Shown: one piece after another, positions 47,228-57,452 of the stretch | How positions within the stretch are numbered: the stretch's first letter is position 1 | Layout: each line of letters starts with the position of its first letter | Assembly: GCA_934465535.1 (NCBI GenBank) | Contig: CAKSKV010000004.1 | Coordinates: forward strand, 41,715 to 105,714 | DNA from: an uncultured Clostridia bacterium | Lineage (GTDB): Bacteria > Bacillota > Clostridia > Christensenellales > QALW01 | Direction: 5' to 3' | Length of the DNA stretch: 64,000 bases | Translations under genes and position numbers: made by a program | The notes under the pieces: generated by a model | Told to the model about the DNA's origin: nothing | What the model saw: only the letters and a program-made list of their open reading frames with translations | Database searches by the model: none

Positions 47228-47860
47228 ATGAAAAAAGAGGTATATTCACTGGTGCTTTCGGAAAATGTCGTGGCGGCGGTGGATAAGATGGCAAAGGAGC
47301 GCGGAGCCAACAGGTCCGCCCTTATAAACCAGATACTTGCCGAATATGTCAGCTATGTCACTCCCGAAATGCGCATGAAGAACACGCTTGCCCTTGTCGG
47401 CGAGCAGCTTCGCGCGCAGGCGGCCTTCCGTGTGGGAGAGCAAGCCTCCCCGGCAATACTGCGCACGGTTTCTTCACTGGATTACAAATATAATCCCGAT
47501 GTTCATTACCGTGTGGAGCTTTACCGCGAGGCAAAGGGATATTTGGGCGAGCTTAAGGTGTGGCTGCGCACGCAGAACTCCGGGCTGCTGCTTTATATTA
47601 ACGGCTTTTACAGGCTGTGGAGCGAAAATGAAGGCGCCAATATGCCGGGCCGGTCATATGCGGTGGACGGAGGAAGATTTGTGCGCAAGCTGGAAAACCC
47701 GCAGGGCGGAGAGGCCGGCAGGCTCATATCGGCCTATGTCACCGGCTTTGATGCCGCCCTTAAGGCTTATTTCGGCGCGATAGGCGCCTCTGCCGATGCA
47801 GCGTCGGCGGTAAAAAACGCATATTGCAAATATATTTTGGGGCGCGGAGTAACGCTGTAA
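47228..47860 (+). CDS. ribbon-helix-helix (CopG-like) domain protein
   Basis: The N-terminus MKKEVYSLVLSENVVAAVDKMAKERGANRSALINQILAEYV fits a beta-strand/helix/helix RHH pattern. The remaining ~160 aa are unknown. Confidence 0.5.
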   Translation: MKKEVYSLVLSENVVAAVDKMAKERGANRSALINQILAEYVSYVTPEMRMKNTLALVGEQLRAQAAFRVGEQASPAILRTVSSLDYKYNPDVHYRVELYREAKGYLGELKVWLRTQNSGLLLYINGFYRLWSENEGANMPGRSYAVDGGRFVRKLENPQGGEAGRLISAYVTGFDAALKAYFGAIGASADAASAVKNAYCKYILGRGVTL

Positions 47861-47956
47861 CATGCAGCCGCTTCCTGCGGGGCGCGGCGCCGGTCCGAGA
47901 AGGATCAAACAACAATATAAACCGCTCTGCTGTTTATAAATTAAGGAGTGATTTTT

Positions 47957-50551
47957 ATGGATGCAAGGAAATTTACGCAAAAAAGCCTTTCCGCAATAGA
48001 GGATGCGAGCAACATAGCAAAGGATAAGGGAAACCAGTACATCGAGCAGGCGCATCTGCTGCTTGCGCTGCTGCGCCAGCAGGACGGCCTTGCCGGCGAG
48101 CTGTGGAAAAGCATGAAGGCGGATGAACGCCTTACGGTGTCCGGTCTTGAAAGAGCCGTGGACGGCTTTCCGCGGGTAAGCGGAGCCGGAAGCGAGGTTT
48201 ATCTTTCCCAGAATGCGGACCGCGCTTTAAGAGAGGCGCAGAATGAGGCCGCGGCCATGCAGGACGACTTCATTTCGGTGGAGCACATACTGCTTGCGCT
48301 TGTAAAGAACCCCGACAGCACGGTAAGAGAGGTGCTTAGGTCCGCCGGAGTAACGCAGGAAAAGCTGCTTAATGCAATAAAGGAGGTACGGGGCACTCAG
48401 CATGTGCGCAGCGACGATCCGGAGGGCACTTATAACGCCCTTAAAAAATACGGTCAGGATCTTACCGCACTTGCACGGGAGCAGAAGCTGGACCCGGTAA
48501 TAGGCCGTGATGAGGAGATACGCAACTGCATAAGGATACTTACCCGTAAATCCAAAAACAACCCCTGTCTTATCGGTGAGCCGGGCGTAGGCAAAACGGC
48601 AATAGCCGAGGGGCTTGCCCAGCGTATCGCCAAGGGCGATGTGCCGGAAAACCTCAAGGACCGCACCCTGTTTTCTTTGGATATGGGCGCGCTGATAGCG
48701 GGCGCAAAGTTCCGCGGCGAGTTTGAGGAGCGTCTTAAGGCGGTGCTTAACGAGGTAAAGGCTTCGCAGGGCAAAATACTGCTGTTTATAGACGAGCTGC
48801 ACACCATTGTGGGCGCGGGGCGCACCGAGGGCTCAATGGACGCGGGCAACCTGCTCAAGCCCATGCTTGCCCGGGGCGAGCTGCACTGCATAGGCGCTAC
48901 CACTCTGGACGAATACAGAAAATATATCGAAAAGGATCCGGCTCTGGAGCGCCGTTTTCAGCCGGTAACAGTGCCGGAGCCCAGCGTGGAGGACACCATT
49001 TCCATACTGCGCGGGCTTAAGGAGCGCTATGAGGTGTTCCACGGCGTAAAAATACACGACCGCGCGCTGATAGCTGCGGCTACCCTTTCCAATAGGTATA
49101 TAAGCGACCGTTTCCTGCCCGATAAGGCCATTGACCTTGTGGACGAGGCCTGCGCCATGATAAAAACCGAAATGAACTCCATGCCTACCGAGATGGACGA
49201 CATACGGCGCAAAATCATGCAGCTGGAGATCGAGGAGGCGGCTCTTAAGAAGGAGACGGATAAAATATCCGCCGAGCATCTCGGCGAGATCACAAAGCAG
49301 CTTTCCGAGCTGCGGGAAACCTTCCGCGGCATGCAGGCAAAGCTTGCAAACGAAAAGCAGGATATAGAAAAGGTGCAGCAGCTGCGCCGGGAGATCGAGC
49401 AGGTAAATGCCGCCATTGAAAAGGCGGAAAACGAGTATGACCTCAACAAGGCGGCGGAGCTTAAATACGGCAGGCTGCCCAAGCTGCAAAAGGAGCTGGC
49501 CGCCTGCGAGGCGGAGCAGCCGCAGAGGAAAAACACGCTTTTGCGCAACACGGTGGACGAGGAGGAGATAGCACGCATAGTGGCGCGGTGGACCGGCATT
49601 CCGGTTTCCCGCCTTATGGAGGGCGAGCGGGATAAGCTGCTGCGCCTTGACGAGATACTGCACAAGCGCGTAGTGGGTCAGGATGAGGCGGTAAGCCGCG
49701 TATGCGATGCCATACTGCGCTCCCGCGCCGGAATTCAGGACCCCCGCCGTCCGATAGGATCGTTTTTGTTCCTCGGACCTACGGGCGTGGGCAAAACCGA
49801 GCTTGCAAAGGCACTGGCAGAGGCGCTCTTTGACGATGAGCACAACATGGTGCGTATCGATATGACGGAATATATGGAAAAATACTCCGTGTCCCGTCTG
49901 ATAGGAGCCCCTCCGGGATATGTGGGCTATGACGAGGGCGGTCAGCTTACCGAGGCGGTGCGCCGCAGACCGTACTCCGTCGTGCTCTTTGACGAGGTGG
50001 AAAAGGCGCATCCCGATGTGTTCAACATCCTGCTTCAGGTGCTGGACGACGGCCGTATAACCGACAGTCAGGGACGCACGGTGGATTTCCGCAACACCAT
50101 AATAATCCTCACCTCCAACCTCGGCTCCGATATAATTCTTGGCGGCATAAAGAACGGCGAAATATCCGAGGCGGCGCGCAGCGAGGTAAGCGATCTGCTC
50201 AAGCGCAGCTTCCGCCCCGAATTCCTTAACCGTCTTGATGAAATAGTGTTCTATAAGCCGCTTACGCAGGATAATATCGGCAGAATCCTTGAGCTTCAGC
50301 TTCAGGATCTCAGAAAACGCCTTGCCGATAAGCAGCTGGATATCACTCTGAGCGATAAGGCCAAGGCCTATATCATAGATAACGGCTATGACCCGGTATA
50401 CGGCGCGCGTCCGCTTAAGCGCTTTCTGCAATCCAAGGTGGAAACGCTGGCTGCACGCATCATAATTGCGCGCGACCCGGCTCCCGGCTCCGTTATAACG
50501 GTGGACTGCGATGAAAACGGCCTTACCGCCGACCTTAAGCAGCCGGAATAA
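47957..50551 (+). CDS. clpB: ATP-dependent chaperone ClpB
   Basis: Two AAA+ modules ([16 protein letters not shown]) and a long coiled-coil middle domain. Start at ATG 47957, 8 nt after AAGGAG. Confidence 0.95.
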   Translation: MDARKFTQKSLSAIEDASNIAKDKGNQYIEQAHLLLALLRQQDGLAGELWKSMKADERLTVSGLERAVDGFPRVSGAGSEVYLSQNADRALREAQNEAAAMQDDFISVEHILLALVKNPDSTVREVLRSAGVTQEKLLNAIKEVRGTQHVRSDDPEGTYNALKKYGQDLTALAREQKLDPVIGRDEEIRNCIRILTRKSKNNPCLIGEPGVGKTAIAEGLAQRIAKGDVPENLKDRTLFSLDMGALIAGAKFRGEFEERLKAVLNEVKASQGKILLFIDELHTIVGAGRTEGSMDAGNLLKPMLARGELHCIGATTLDEYRKYIEKDPALERRFQPVTVPEPSVEDTISILRGLKERYEVFHGVKIHDRALIAAATLSNRYISDRFLPDKAIDLVDEACAMIKTEMNSMPTEMDDIRRKIMQLEIEEAALKKETDKISAEHLGEITKQLSELRETFRGMQAKLANEKQDIEKVQQLRREIEQVNAAIEKAENEYDLNKAAELKYGRLPKLQKELAACEAEQPQRKNTLLRNTVDEEEIARIVARWTGIPVSRLMEGERDKLLRLDEILHKRVVGQDEAVSRVCDAILRSRAGIQDPRRPIGSFLFLGPTGVGKTELAKALAEALFDDEHNMVRIDMTEYMEKYSVSRLIGAPPGYVGYDEGGQLTEAVRRRPYSVVLFDEVEKAHPDVFNILLQVLDDGRITDSQGRTVDFRNTIIILTSNLGSDIILGGIKNGEISEAARSEVSDLLKRSFRPEFLNRLDEIVFYKPLTQDNIGRILELQLQDLRKRLADKQLDITLSDKAKAYIIDNGYDPVYGARPLKRFLQSKVETLAARIIIARDPAPGSVITVDCDENGLTADLKQPE

Positions 50552-50595
50552 TATAAAAATGCAATAAAAAGCCGGGATAGCCCGGCATAAACAAA

Positions 50596-50640
50596 AGGAA
50601 GCGTTCTTTGCCGCAAAGCGGCTCGGACGCTTCCTTTTTT
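50596..50640 (+). terminator. terminator after clpB
   Basis: AGGAAGCGT..ACGCTTCCT stem followed by TTTTT. Confidence 0.6.
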
Positions 50641-50677
50641 AATAATTAAGTAATTAAATCGGGCGGAAAACGGGGGT

Positions 50678-51628
50678 TCAGCTTTCTGCGTCTCCGTTTG
50701 AGCCGCCGTTTCCCATAACAAAGGCGAACTGCTTCAGGGAGGCGGCGTTCTTCTGCTCCAGCTGAAGCATGCGCCCCGTGTATATGCACATGCTTATTCC
50801 CGCCAGCATGGTCTGCACAAGCGCGGCGGCGCCCCAGCCTGCAACGGCCCAGGACGAGCCGGAAAGGGAAAGAATGACGGCGCCAGCGGCGGGCAGGGCG
50901 GAAACAACGCTGCATGCGGCGCATATTATCGTGTAATAAACAACGGTTTTAATAAAATTTCCGCGCAGCAGCAGGCGGGAATACAGCAGGGAAAACATAA
51001 AGCGCACCCGCCCCAGCGCGGTGGAGGCTATAAGCGCGGAGGAGTAGCTGTCCACAAGCGCGGTGGAAACGGCAGTGAGCGCAAAGGCCAAAAGCACGGC
51101 GGCGGGCAGCGCGATGTATATAACGGGCAGCAGCAGCGCCATTGCGCAAACAGAAAGGGAAAGCTGCATCAGCAGGCTTTGTATAAAGGAGGAAAGATAA
51201 AGAATAAGAAACACCGCGGGCAGCCGCCGTATTATGGTTTTGGCCATGGCGGAGGCATCGGGCTTTCTTTCGGGATGAGCGGCGGCTTCACCGGTAAAAA
51301 CAGCGGCAAAAATAAACATTGCGCACTGTAAAAAGGCGGTAAGAAGGGATAAAAGATAGTCTGCCGCGCTTTGCTGCGAGGCGTTCGCAAGGGCGGAGAG
51401 CAGCTGCTCTGCCGCATTTGACGAGGCAAGATCAAGCTCCGGCAGCACGCTTACCGCCGCCTGAGCAAGACGGTTGTAGTTTACCGCGTTTACCGCCGCA
51501 GCGGGCAGGGCAAAAAGCAGCAGCAGCCCCAAAAGGCGCAGAAATCGCCCCTTGTAGGCCTCCCGCAGGCCGCGGAACAGCCGCCCGAATTCATAAAAAT
51601 ATCCGTTGCAGTCCTTCTGAGAGTGCAT
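50678..51628 (-). CDS. hypothetical polytopic membrane protein
   Basis: 316 aa with about 6-7 hydrophobic helices and no recognisable motif. Confidence 0.55.
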   Translation of the reverse strand: MHSQKDCNGYFYEFGRLFRGLREAYKGRFLRLLGLLLLFALPAAAVNAVNYNRLAQAAVSVLPELDLASSNAAEQLLSALANASQQSAADYLLSLLTAFLQCAMFIFAAVFTGEAAAHPERKPDASAMAKTIIRRLPAVFLILYLSSFIQSLLMQLSLSVCAMALLLPVIYIALPAAVLLAFALTAVSTALVDSYSSALIASTALGRVRFMFSLLYSRLLLRGNFIKTVVYYTIICAACSVVSALPAAGAVILSLSGSSWAVAGWGAAALVQTMLAGISMCIYTGRMLQLEQKNAASLKQFAFVMGNGGSNGDAES

Positions 51629-52047
51629 AGTTATAACCGCTTTCCCGAAGCATAAGGCTTCGCAGAGTAAGAATAAAACCGTTTCGGGCGCATAAAAAGC
51701 GCTTCGGCGGCATTTTTACGGTATGAATTTTATCATAAATAAGCCGTAAAAGAATGTGCAATCTGTAAACAATGCCGTTTTGCCCGATATTTTGGGCAAA
51801 AGACGAGCAAAAACATGCGCAAAAACGCAAAAAGCAGGGTTTATGTGCAGTTTGCACATTGAATACGCAAAGGAAATGAGTTATTATTATAATTGAATAA
51901 GTATGCCGGAGAACCGATTTACCGGTAGGAGCGCCACCGGGAATGCAGCAGCAAAAATGCGCAAAAACGCAGCGGCCGCCCATGCGCGGTTCCGTTTTGG
52001 GGAGCGGACGGGCACGGCAAAAAGAAAAGAGAAGGAAAGAAAACAAA

Positions 52048-54141
52048 ATGAAGCAAGGAAAAAAACTGCTGAGCATTATGCTGGCGATGCTTATCGCGGC
52101 CTTGGCCTGCGGGCTTACCGGCTGCATTAAGGCGCCGGGAGAGAGCGTAAGCGCAGAGGCAACACAGACTCCCGATACCGCCTTAAGCCCGGAGGCCACA
52201 CTTGACACAACTCCGTATACAACTCCCGGCGATACTCCCGATATAACGCCCGGCCCCACTCCGGCGCAAAGCGAAACCGTGCAGCCGCAGGATACCGAAT
52301 CTCCCGCGCCCACGCCCACGCCCGCTCCGGGAGATACCGGCGCGCCCGCACCGGGACCCACGGTATCCCATGCGCCGGTCAGCAAGTGGGATTATTATGT
52401 AACCTACGGCTCCGCCTCGATACGCACCGTTGCGCTTACCCGCTTTAACGACGGCACGCAGGGCGGCGGCGAAGGCAGCTTTACCTTTACCGGCGACGGG
52501 CTTTTAATAAAGCAGCAAAACGGCGCCTATGCCGATACCTACGGCATATATTCCGGGGCGAATCTGGGGTCGGCTGATTATTCCAAAGTGCGCTATGTGG
52601 GAATAACGGTTAAAAACCTTGAAAGCCACGATGTGCTTTTCGGGCTTCAGGGAACAGACAAAAATAGAAAGAATATATTTCTCTATCCCGAGGGCGATCC
52701 GATAGCTCTTGCTTATGACAACGGCGATATAAAGGCGGCCGGCGGTCAGGGCGGCGTGAACGGGCGCTATTGCATAGTGCTGCCCGCGGGCTTCTCCGGC
52801 AGCGTGTTTATCCCGCTTAACCGCATAGCGGACAGTCACGAAAAGGACAAGGCAAAGCAGTGGGCCAAAACCCCCATAACAAGCCCCGGCTTCCATTTAA
52901 GCGACGGCGGCAGCAAGGGAGTGCTGGTTTCGGCGCTGTTTATCTGCTCCTCTGCCCTGAAGGCTCCCGATGAGGCGGCGGGCGGCATTACAAACAAGGA
53001 CTACACCTATACCGAGGCTCAGCGCATTGCGGCCTTCTGGAAGAATTCCACAATGTACAACGAGTCCATCACCATGATGAAGCGTTCAAACGGCGAAATA
53101 TATGCAAAGACCCTGTTTGTGCCCACCAAGATAAACGCGGTGGTGGATGTGTACCTCCAGAAGGAATACAAGGAGGGCGTGGACTGGGAATGGGTAAAGG
53201 GCACAAACAAAATAAAGTGGCTCTCCGGCTCCTCCATTCCCTATTTTACGGATAACGACCTTTCCGGCAAGGATTCAAAGGGCAATTATATTCCGGAATT
53301 CCCCACATGGTCGGACGGCGGACGCAGCCGCTTCGGAAACGCGCTGTACTGCGTAAGCTCCTTCCTTTATGAAAAGCAGATATGCATAAGCTACACCTAC
53401 GATACGGCGCAGGTGGCAAAGCAGGGCATAAAATACACGCAGTATCAGGGCGATAAGCTGAAAAACACGGTGAACAAGCTTAAAAACGGCGAAAACCTGA
53501 AGGTGCTGTTCTACGGGGATTCCATATTCTCCGGCTGCGACGCCTCCGGCATGTATAACAGGGAGCCGTATATGCCCTATATGCACAAGCTTATACAGCA
53601 GGAGCTTTCCCGCAATACCAAGGGCAAGGTGCAGGTGGACAACTTGGCCGTGGGCGGCTGGACCGTGGAAAACGGACGGGACGCGCTTTCCGGCGAGGTG
53701 GGCGGATATAATTACTCTAATAAATACAAGGGCTACGACCTGCTTATACTCTCCTTCGGCATGAACAACGCGAGCACCCCCAAGGAGGAATATAATCCCG
53801 TAACCAAGGAATATGAAGGATATGTTCCGGCGACCAAGGCCATTGTGGATAAAATAAAGGCGGCAAACCCGAACCTTGAGGTGATACTGGTTTCCTGCAT
53901 GAACCCAAACCCCCGCGTGGGCTGGGATGTAAACCAGAAGAATCAGGGCGGATGGCTTAAGGAAATAGCGGCGCAAAGCCCGTATTCCTCCTATACTGCG
54001 GTGGTGGATTTCTATGCGGTGCACAAGAGCATACTTGCCTATAAGGATTTCAGCGCCACTACGGGCAACAACATAAACCATCCCAATGACTGGCTTATAC
54101 GCGTGTATGCGCAGAATATTCTTGCGGCGATGATAAAATAA
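52048..54141 (+). CDS. SGNH/GDSL hydrolase-family lipoprotein
   Basis: Start at ATG 52048. Lipobox LTGC, long Pro/Thr linker, then SGNH blocks FYGDSIFSG (block I), GMNN (block III), NINHPND (block V). Confidence 0.8.
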   Translation: MKQGKKLLSIMLAMLIAALACGLTGCIKAPGESVSAEATQTPDTALSPEATLDTTPYTTPGDTPDITPGPTPAQSETVQPQDTESPAPTPTPAPGDTGAPAPGPTVSHAPVSKWDYYVTYGSASIRTVALTRFNDGTQGGGEGSFTFTGDGLLIKQQNGAYADTYGIYSGANLGSADYSKVRYVGITVKNLESHDVLFGLQGTDKNRKNIFLYPEGDPIALAYDNGDIKAAGGQGGVNGRYCIVLPAGFSGSVFIPLNRIADSHEKDKAKQWAKTPITSPGFHLSDGGSKGVLVSALFICSSALKAPDEAAGGITNKDYTYTEAQRIAAFWKNSTMYNESITMMKRSNGEIYAKTLFVPTKINAVVDVYLQKEYKEGVDWEWVKGTNKIKWLSGSSIPYFTDNDLSGKDSKGNYIPEFPTWSDGGRSRFGNALYCVSSFLYEKQICISYTYDTAQVAKQGIKYTQYQGDKLKNTVNKLKNGENLKVLFYGDSIFSGCDASGMYNREPYMPYMHKLIQQELSRNTKGKVQVDNLAVGGWTVENGRDALSGEVGGYNYSNKYKGYDLLILSFGMNNASTPKEEYNPVTKEYEGYVPATKAIVDKIKAANPNLEVILVSCMNPNPRVGWDVNQKNQGGWLKEIAAQSPYSSYTAVVDFYAVHKSILAYKDFSATTGNNINHPNDWLIRVYAQNILAAMIK

Positions 54142-54381
54142 AAACGGCGAAGGGTATTGCCCTTTGCGCATTGCGCAAAATACGGCGGGGCGGCTGCACT
54201 GCCTCTCACTTAAGCGGCGCGGTATTTTTGCGATTTTCGCGCAAGACTCCGCGCCGATTTTACGCTTTTTATTGCACCGAAGAATAAAAGTGTGATAAAA
54301 TAAAGAAAACCGGCAGGGAATTTTTACGCCGGCAGGACTTGTTAAACACGGCCCGAGGGCTGTCTGAAAGGAAGATACTGT

Positions 54382-56121
54382 ATGAAAAACATCAGAAGCG
54401 GCGCATTTTTCGCGCCCTGCGGAAAAAAGAGCGGAAAAAGCGGAATAAAGCTGGATTATGTGGAGCCCACCGACCCCAAGGCGGGCAATACCGTGGCGCA
54501 TGCCGCCGTAAGCAAGTGGGATCAGACCTTTTCCTACGGCGATGCCTCGATAAAATGCACCGCACTTACCCGTTTTAACGACGGACAAATCGCTGCGGGC
54601 GAAAAAAGCGAGCAGGGGCTGCGCCTTACGGGCAGCGGCTTAAAGAAGGGCATAATAACCGGCGCAAACCTTGATTATGATTGCAGCGAGGCGGAGTATT
54701 ATGCAATATCGCTGTGCAATAACGGCAAAAAAGCGCTTATAGGCCTTGATGCGGATATTGAGGCGGACAAAGCAGTGCTGGCGCCGGAAAACGGAGAGCC
54801 GGAGGCGGTGCAGGCCGAAAAATGCGAAGGGATAAATGCCGCAGTGCTGCCCGAGGGCTTTAAGGGCTGCGTGCTTTTCCCGGTTAAAAACGCAAGGGAG
54901 AGCTTCGGCAGCGTTGATATAGCCTGGAGCGGCGATGTTACGCTGTGCGCACTGCTTATGTGCGATACGCCCCTTGAAATGCCGGGGCAGGGCAGCAAAA
55001 TAACAAACCCGCTGTACAGCTACACCGACAAACAGCGTATGCAGCCGTTTTGGGAGTGCTCCACCATGTATAATGAATCCATGGGCATGATGAAGCGGGA
55101 GGACGGCAGCATATGGGGCAAGCTGCTGTTTGTACCCACCCGCATAAACGCAGTGGTGGATGTATATCAGAAAAAGGAATATAAAGAGGGCAAGGACTGG
55201 CAGTGGATAGAGGGCACGAACCGAATAGTGCGCCCCGAAGGCTCGGATATTCCGTACTTTACGGAAGAAGGTCTTTCCGGCAAGGAGGAAAACGGCGAGT
55301 TCATTCCGGAATTCCCGACATGGACGGACGGCAGAAGCCGCTTCGGCGCCTGCCTGTACTGCGTGACGGATTTCATATATGAAAAGCAGATATGCGTATC
55401 CTATGAGTATGATTTAAGTCAGGTAAAGAGCGAGGGCATTGCAAGCACGCCGTGCCAGAGCGAGCGCCTTGTGCGCACAAATGCACGCCTTAAAGAGGGC
55501 CGCGACCTGAAGGTGCTGTTCTACGGGGATTCCATATTCTCCGGCTGTGACGCCTCCAGCATGTATAACAGAGAGCCTTTTATGCCCTATATGCATAAGC
55601 TTATAGAAAGCGCACTGGCCTCAAGAAGCACAGGGCGGGTGCGGGTGGACAACTTGGCCGTGGGCGGCTGGACCGTGGAAAACGGACGGGACGCACTTTT
55701 CGGCGATGTGGGCGGACACGATTATTCCAAGAGCTACAAGGGCTACGACCTTATGATACTTTCCTACGGCATGAACAATGCCTATACCCCCGAGGAGGAA
55801 TTCAAGGCGGCCACCCAAAAGATAATGGAAACGGTAAAAGAGGCAAACCCTGATATTGAAATAGTGCTGGTTTCCTGCATGAACCCCAACCCCCGCGTGG
55901 GCTGGGATGTAAACCAGAAATATCAGGGGCAGTGGCTTAAGGACATTGCCCAAATGCCTGCATGGCAGGAGCGCACGGCGCTTGTGGATTTCTATCAGGT
56001 GCATAAGAGCATACTGGTCTATAAGGATTTCAGCTCCACTACGGGCAACAACATAAACCACCCCAACGATTGGCTCATACGCGTGTATGCGCAGAATATA
56101 GTGCGGGCCATAACAGAATAG
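54382..56121 (+). CDS. SGNH/GDSL hydrolase-family protein (paralog lacking a signal peptide)
   Basis: Collinear with the upstream gene from VSKWD..ALTRFNDG to ..NINHPNDWLIRVYAQNI, with the same SGNH blocks. No lipobox or linker. Confidence 0.8.
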   Translation: MKNIRSGAFFAPCGKKSGKSGIKLDYVEPTDPKAGNTVAHAAVSKWDQTFSYGDASIKCTALTRFNDGQIAAGEKSEQGLRLTGSGLKKGIITGANLDYDCSEAEYYAISLCNNGKKALIGLDADIEADKAVLAPENGEPEAVQAEKCEGINAAVLPEGFKGCVLFPVKNARESFGSVDIAWSGDVTLCALLMCDTPLEMPGQGSKITNPLYSYTDKQRMQPFWECSTMYNESMGMMKREDGSIWGKLLFVPTRINAVVDVYQKKEYKEGKDWQWIEGTNRIVRPEGSDIPYFTEEGLSGKEENGEFIPEFPTWTDGRSRFGACLYCVTDFIYEKQICVSYEYDLSQVKSEGIASTPCQSERLVRTNARLKEGRDLKVLFYGDSIFSGCDASSMYNREPFMPYMHKLIESALASRSTGRVRVDNLAVGGWTVENGRDALFGDVGGHDYSKSYKGYDLMILSYGMNNAYTPEEEFKAATQKIMETVKEANPDIEIVLVSCMNPNPRVGWDVNQKYQGQWLKDIAQMPAWQERTALVDFYQVHKSILVYKDFSSTTGNNINHPNDWLIRVYAQNIVRAITE

Positions 56122-56289
56122 GCATTACGGGGCATTGGAGCCAAGCAATTTCAATCGGAAAACATATGACCGGTCATGCTGCAAAAGGCGATCTTTCCGT
56201 ACAAGCGGAAAGGCCGCCTTTTTATTGTAAAGGGGCGGCATAATACCTTTTGTTTTCGGTATAAAAGGGCCGTACTTAAAATAAAATGC

Positions 56290-56317
56290 TTGACAAAGGC
56301 GCAATATCTGATATAAT
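56290..56317 (+). promoter_or_regulatory. consensus sigma-A promoter of the tRNA gene
   Basis: TTGACA, 16-nt spacer, TATAAT, ending 10 nt before the tRNA 5' end. Confidence 0.6.
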
Positions 56318-56327
56318 ACCATCGTTC

Positions 56328-56403
56328 GGGGGTGTAGCTCAACTGGTAGAGCGCTTGAATGGCATTCAAGAGGTAAGGGGTTCGACCCCCCTCATCTCCA
56401 CCA
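56328..56403 (+). tRNA. tRNA-Ala (anticodon GGC)
   Basis: Folded by hand: acceptor GGGGGTG/CATCTCC with the G3:U70 Ala identity pair, D-arm GCTC-AACTGGTA-GAGC, anticodon arm CTTGA-ATGGCAT-TCAAG, variable loop AGGTA, T-arm AGGGG-TTCGACC-CCCCT, discriminator A and an encoded CCA. Confidence 0.9.
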
Positions 56404-56476
56404 AACAGGTATTGGACGAACACCTATTTCTTCAGCGGCGGTTTCGCCGTAAAGGTGATGCTCTAATACGAAACAG

Positions 56477-56514
56477 AAACCGCCATCTTAGATTAGGTTC
56501 TAAGGTGGCGGTTT
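56477..56514 (+). terminator. hairpin terminator after the tRNA
   Basis: AAACCGCCATCTTAG..CTAAGGTGGCGGTTT, a 15-bp stem with one G-U pair. The T residues lie partly within the stem. Confidence 0.5.
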
Positions 56515-56608
56515 TACATATAAGCAAGTCATTTGAAAATCAAGCCAATATCTGTAGTAATAAAATACAGAATAGTATTGAGTGTACACGAAATAAGGAG
56601 AACTATTT

Positions 56609-56869
56609 ATGTGGGAAAATATTGATATTGATAGGCATTACACGGGAGTGTTTCAAATTTTAGATGAACCAATATCGGGAGAATTGATTTATAATAAGCA
56701 AAATGGTACTATACTTTTAAGTCTAATAAAGGAAGTAAACTCGAAATCATTTTTCGGAAAAAGTTATGGCACACAACCGATTATTACCGGCAAGCTGAAC
56801 ACAGGTGCGGTAGTGACTCTTTTTAACAATCGGTGCAGTAACAACCATATTCATTGGTTACAAGACTAG
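56609..56869 (+). CDS. hypothetical 86-aa protein, probably a 5' gene fragment
   Basis: Good RBS (AAGGAGA). The sequence ends abruptly after ..VTLFNNRCSNNHIHWLQD and is followed by non-coding AT-rich DNA. Confidence 0.35.
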   Translation: MWENIDIDRHYTGVFQILDEPISGELIYNKQNGTILLSLIKEVNSKSFFGKSYGTQPIITGKLNTGAVVTLFNNRCSNNHIHWLQD

Positions 56870-56965
56870 TACGTTTTTTCTTTCTCGTTTTTTTTGTACA
56901 GGTCAAGATAAACACAAATATTCCGCTCTGATTTTATACTTATTTAAAGATTAGACAAAAAAGTC

Positions 56966-56994
56966 TTGACAAATACAGATGCGCCCATCATAAT
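56966..56994 (+). promoter_or_regulatory. candidate promoter at the head of the island
   Basis: TTGACA, 17-nt spacer, CATAAT. Confidence 0.4.
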
Positions 56995-57194
56995 ATACTT
57001 AAGAAATAAACTATCAAAAGACTTGGCCTTTTAAAAAAGAAGACAAAATCATATAGTTGCGTGATCGAGTGTCATAAAAAACATATTATTATACTGTAGT
57101 TTATTTTGATATATGAAATAATTCTTTAAAAGAGTTATGTGTAGTATAAAGCAAGAAAACAAAACTAATAAGTTTGGCATTGGAGAAACATATT

Positions 57195-57314
57195 ATGTTA
57201 AAGCAATGGCAAATATCGTTTGATGATGGATTATCGCCCTCATTATGTCTTTACGCAAATTTGAATAATGATAAGTTTAAAGCACACAATTATGTTGATC
57301 CGGTTACGGACTAA
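57195..57314 (+). CDS. 39-aa sORF MLKQWQISFDDGLSPSLCLYANLNNDKFKAHNYVDPVTD
   Basis: GGAGA lies 8 nt before the ATG. The 3' end of the ORF sits inside a long hairpin. Coding status is uncertain. Confidence 0.2.
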   Translation: MLKQWQISFDDGLSPSLCLYANLNNDKFKAHNYVDPVTD

Positions 57315-57338
57315 CATAATGGTGTGCTTTTTGTGTTT
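57279..57338 (+). terminator. terminator/attenuator-like hairpin upstream of the cluster
   Basis: AAAGCACACAATTATG (57279-57294) pairs with CATAATGGTGTGCTTT (57315-57330): 16 bp with one mismatch and a 20-nt loop, followed by TTGTGTTT. Confidence 0.45.
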
Positions 57339-57452
57339 AAAAATTACTTGCTGTTTTAGTTACTCAAGAGTGATGCTTAGGCAGCTTCGCAGCGTGCAGA
57401 GGTAGCGGGAAGCAGGATGGGTTCGCAGTATTATATGTGAGGAGAACGGTAT

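Noticed and set aside
47861-47956. CtsR operator or CIRCE element upstream of clpB.
   Set aside because: There is no GGTCAAA tandem heptad and no TTAGCACTC-N9-GAGTGCTAA. Only a short 7-bp inverted repeat (TATAAAC/GTTTATA) is present.
51591-52385. 264-aa minus-strand ORF rich in Gly/Val/Ser/Pro.
   Set aside because: It is antisense to the Pro/Thr linker of the SGNH lipoprotein and runs across an intergenic promoter region. There is no RBS or domain signal.
56404-57452. Direct repeat of the tRNA-Ala 3' end (att site) or an integrase gene just downstream of the tRNA.
   Set aside because: No copy of the 3' acceptor/T-arm sequence and no integrase-like ORF is present in this interval. The far island boundary lies beyond the window.
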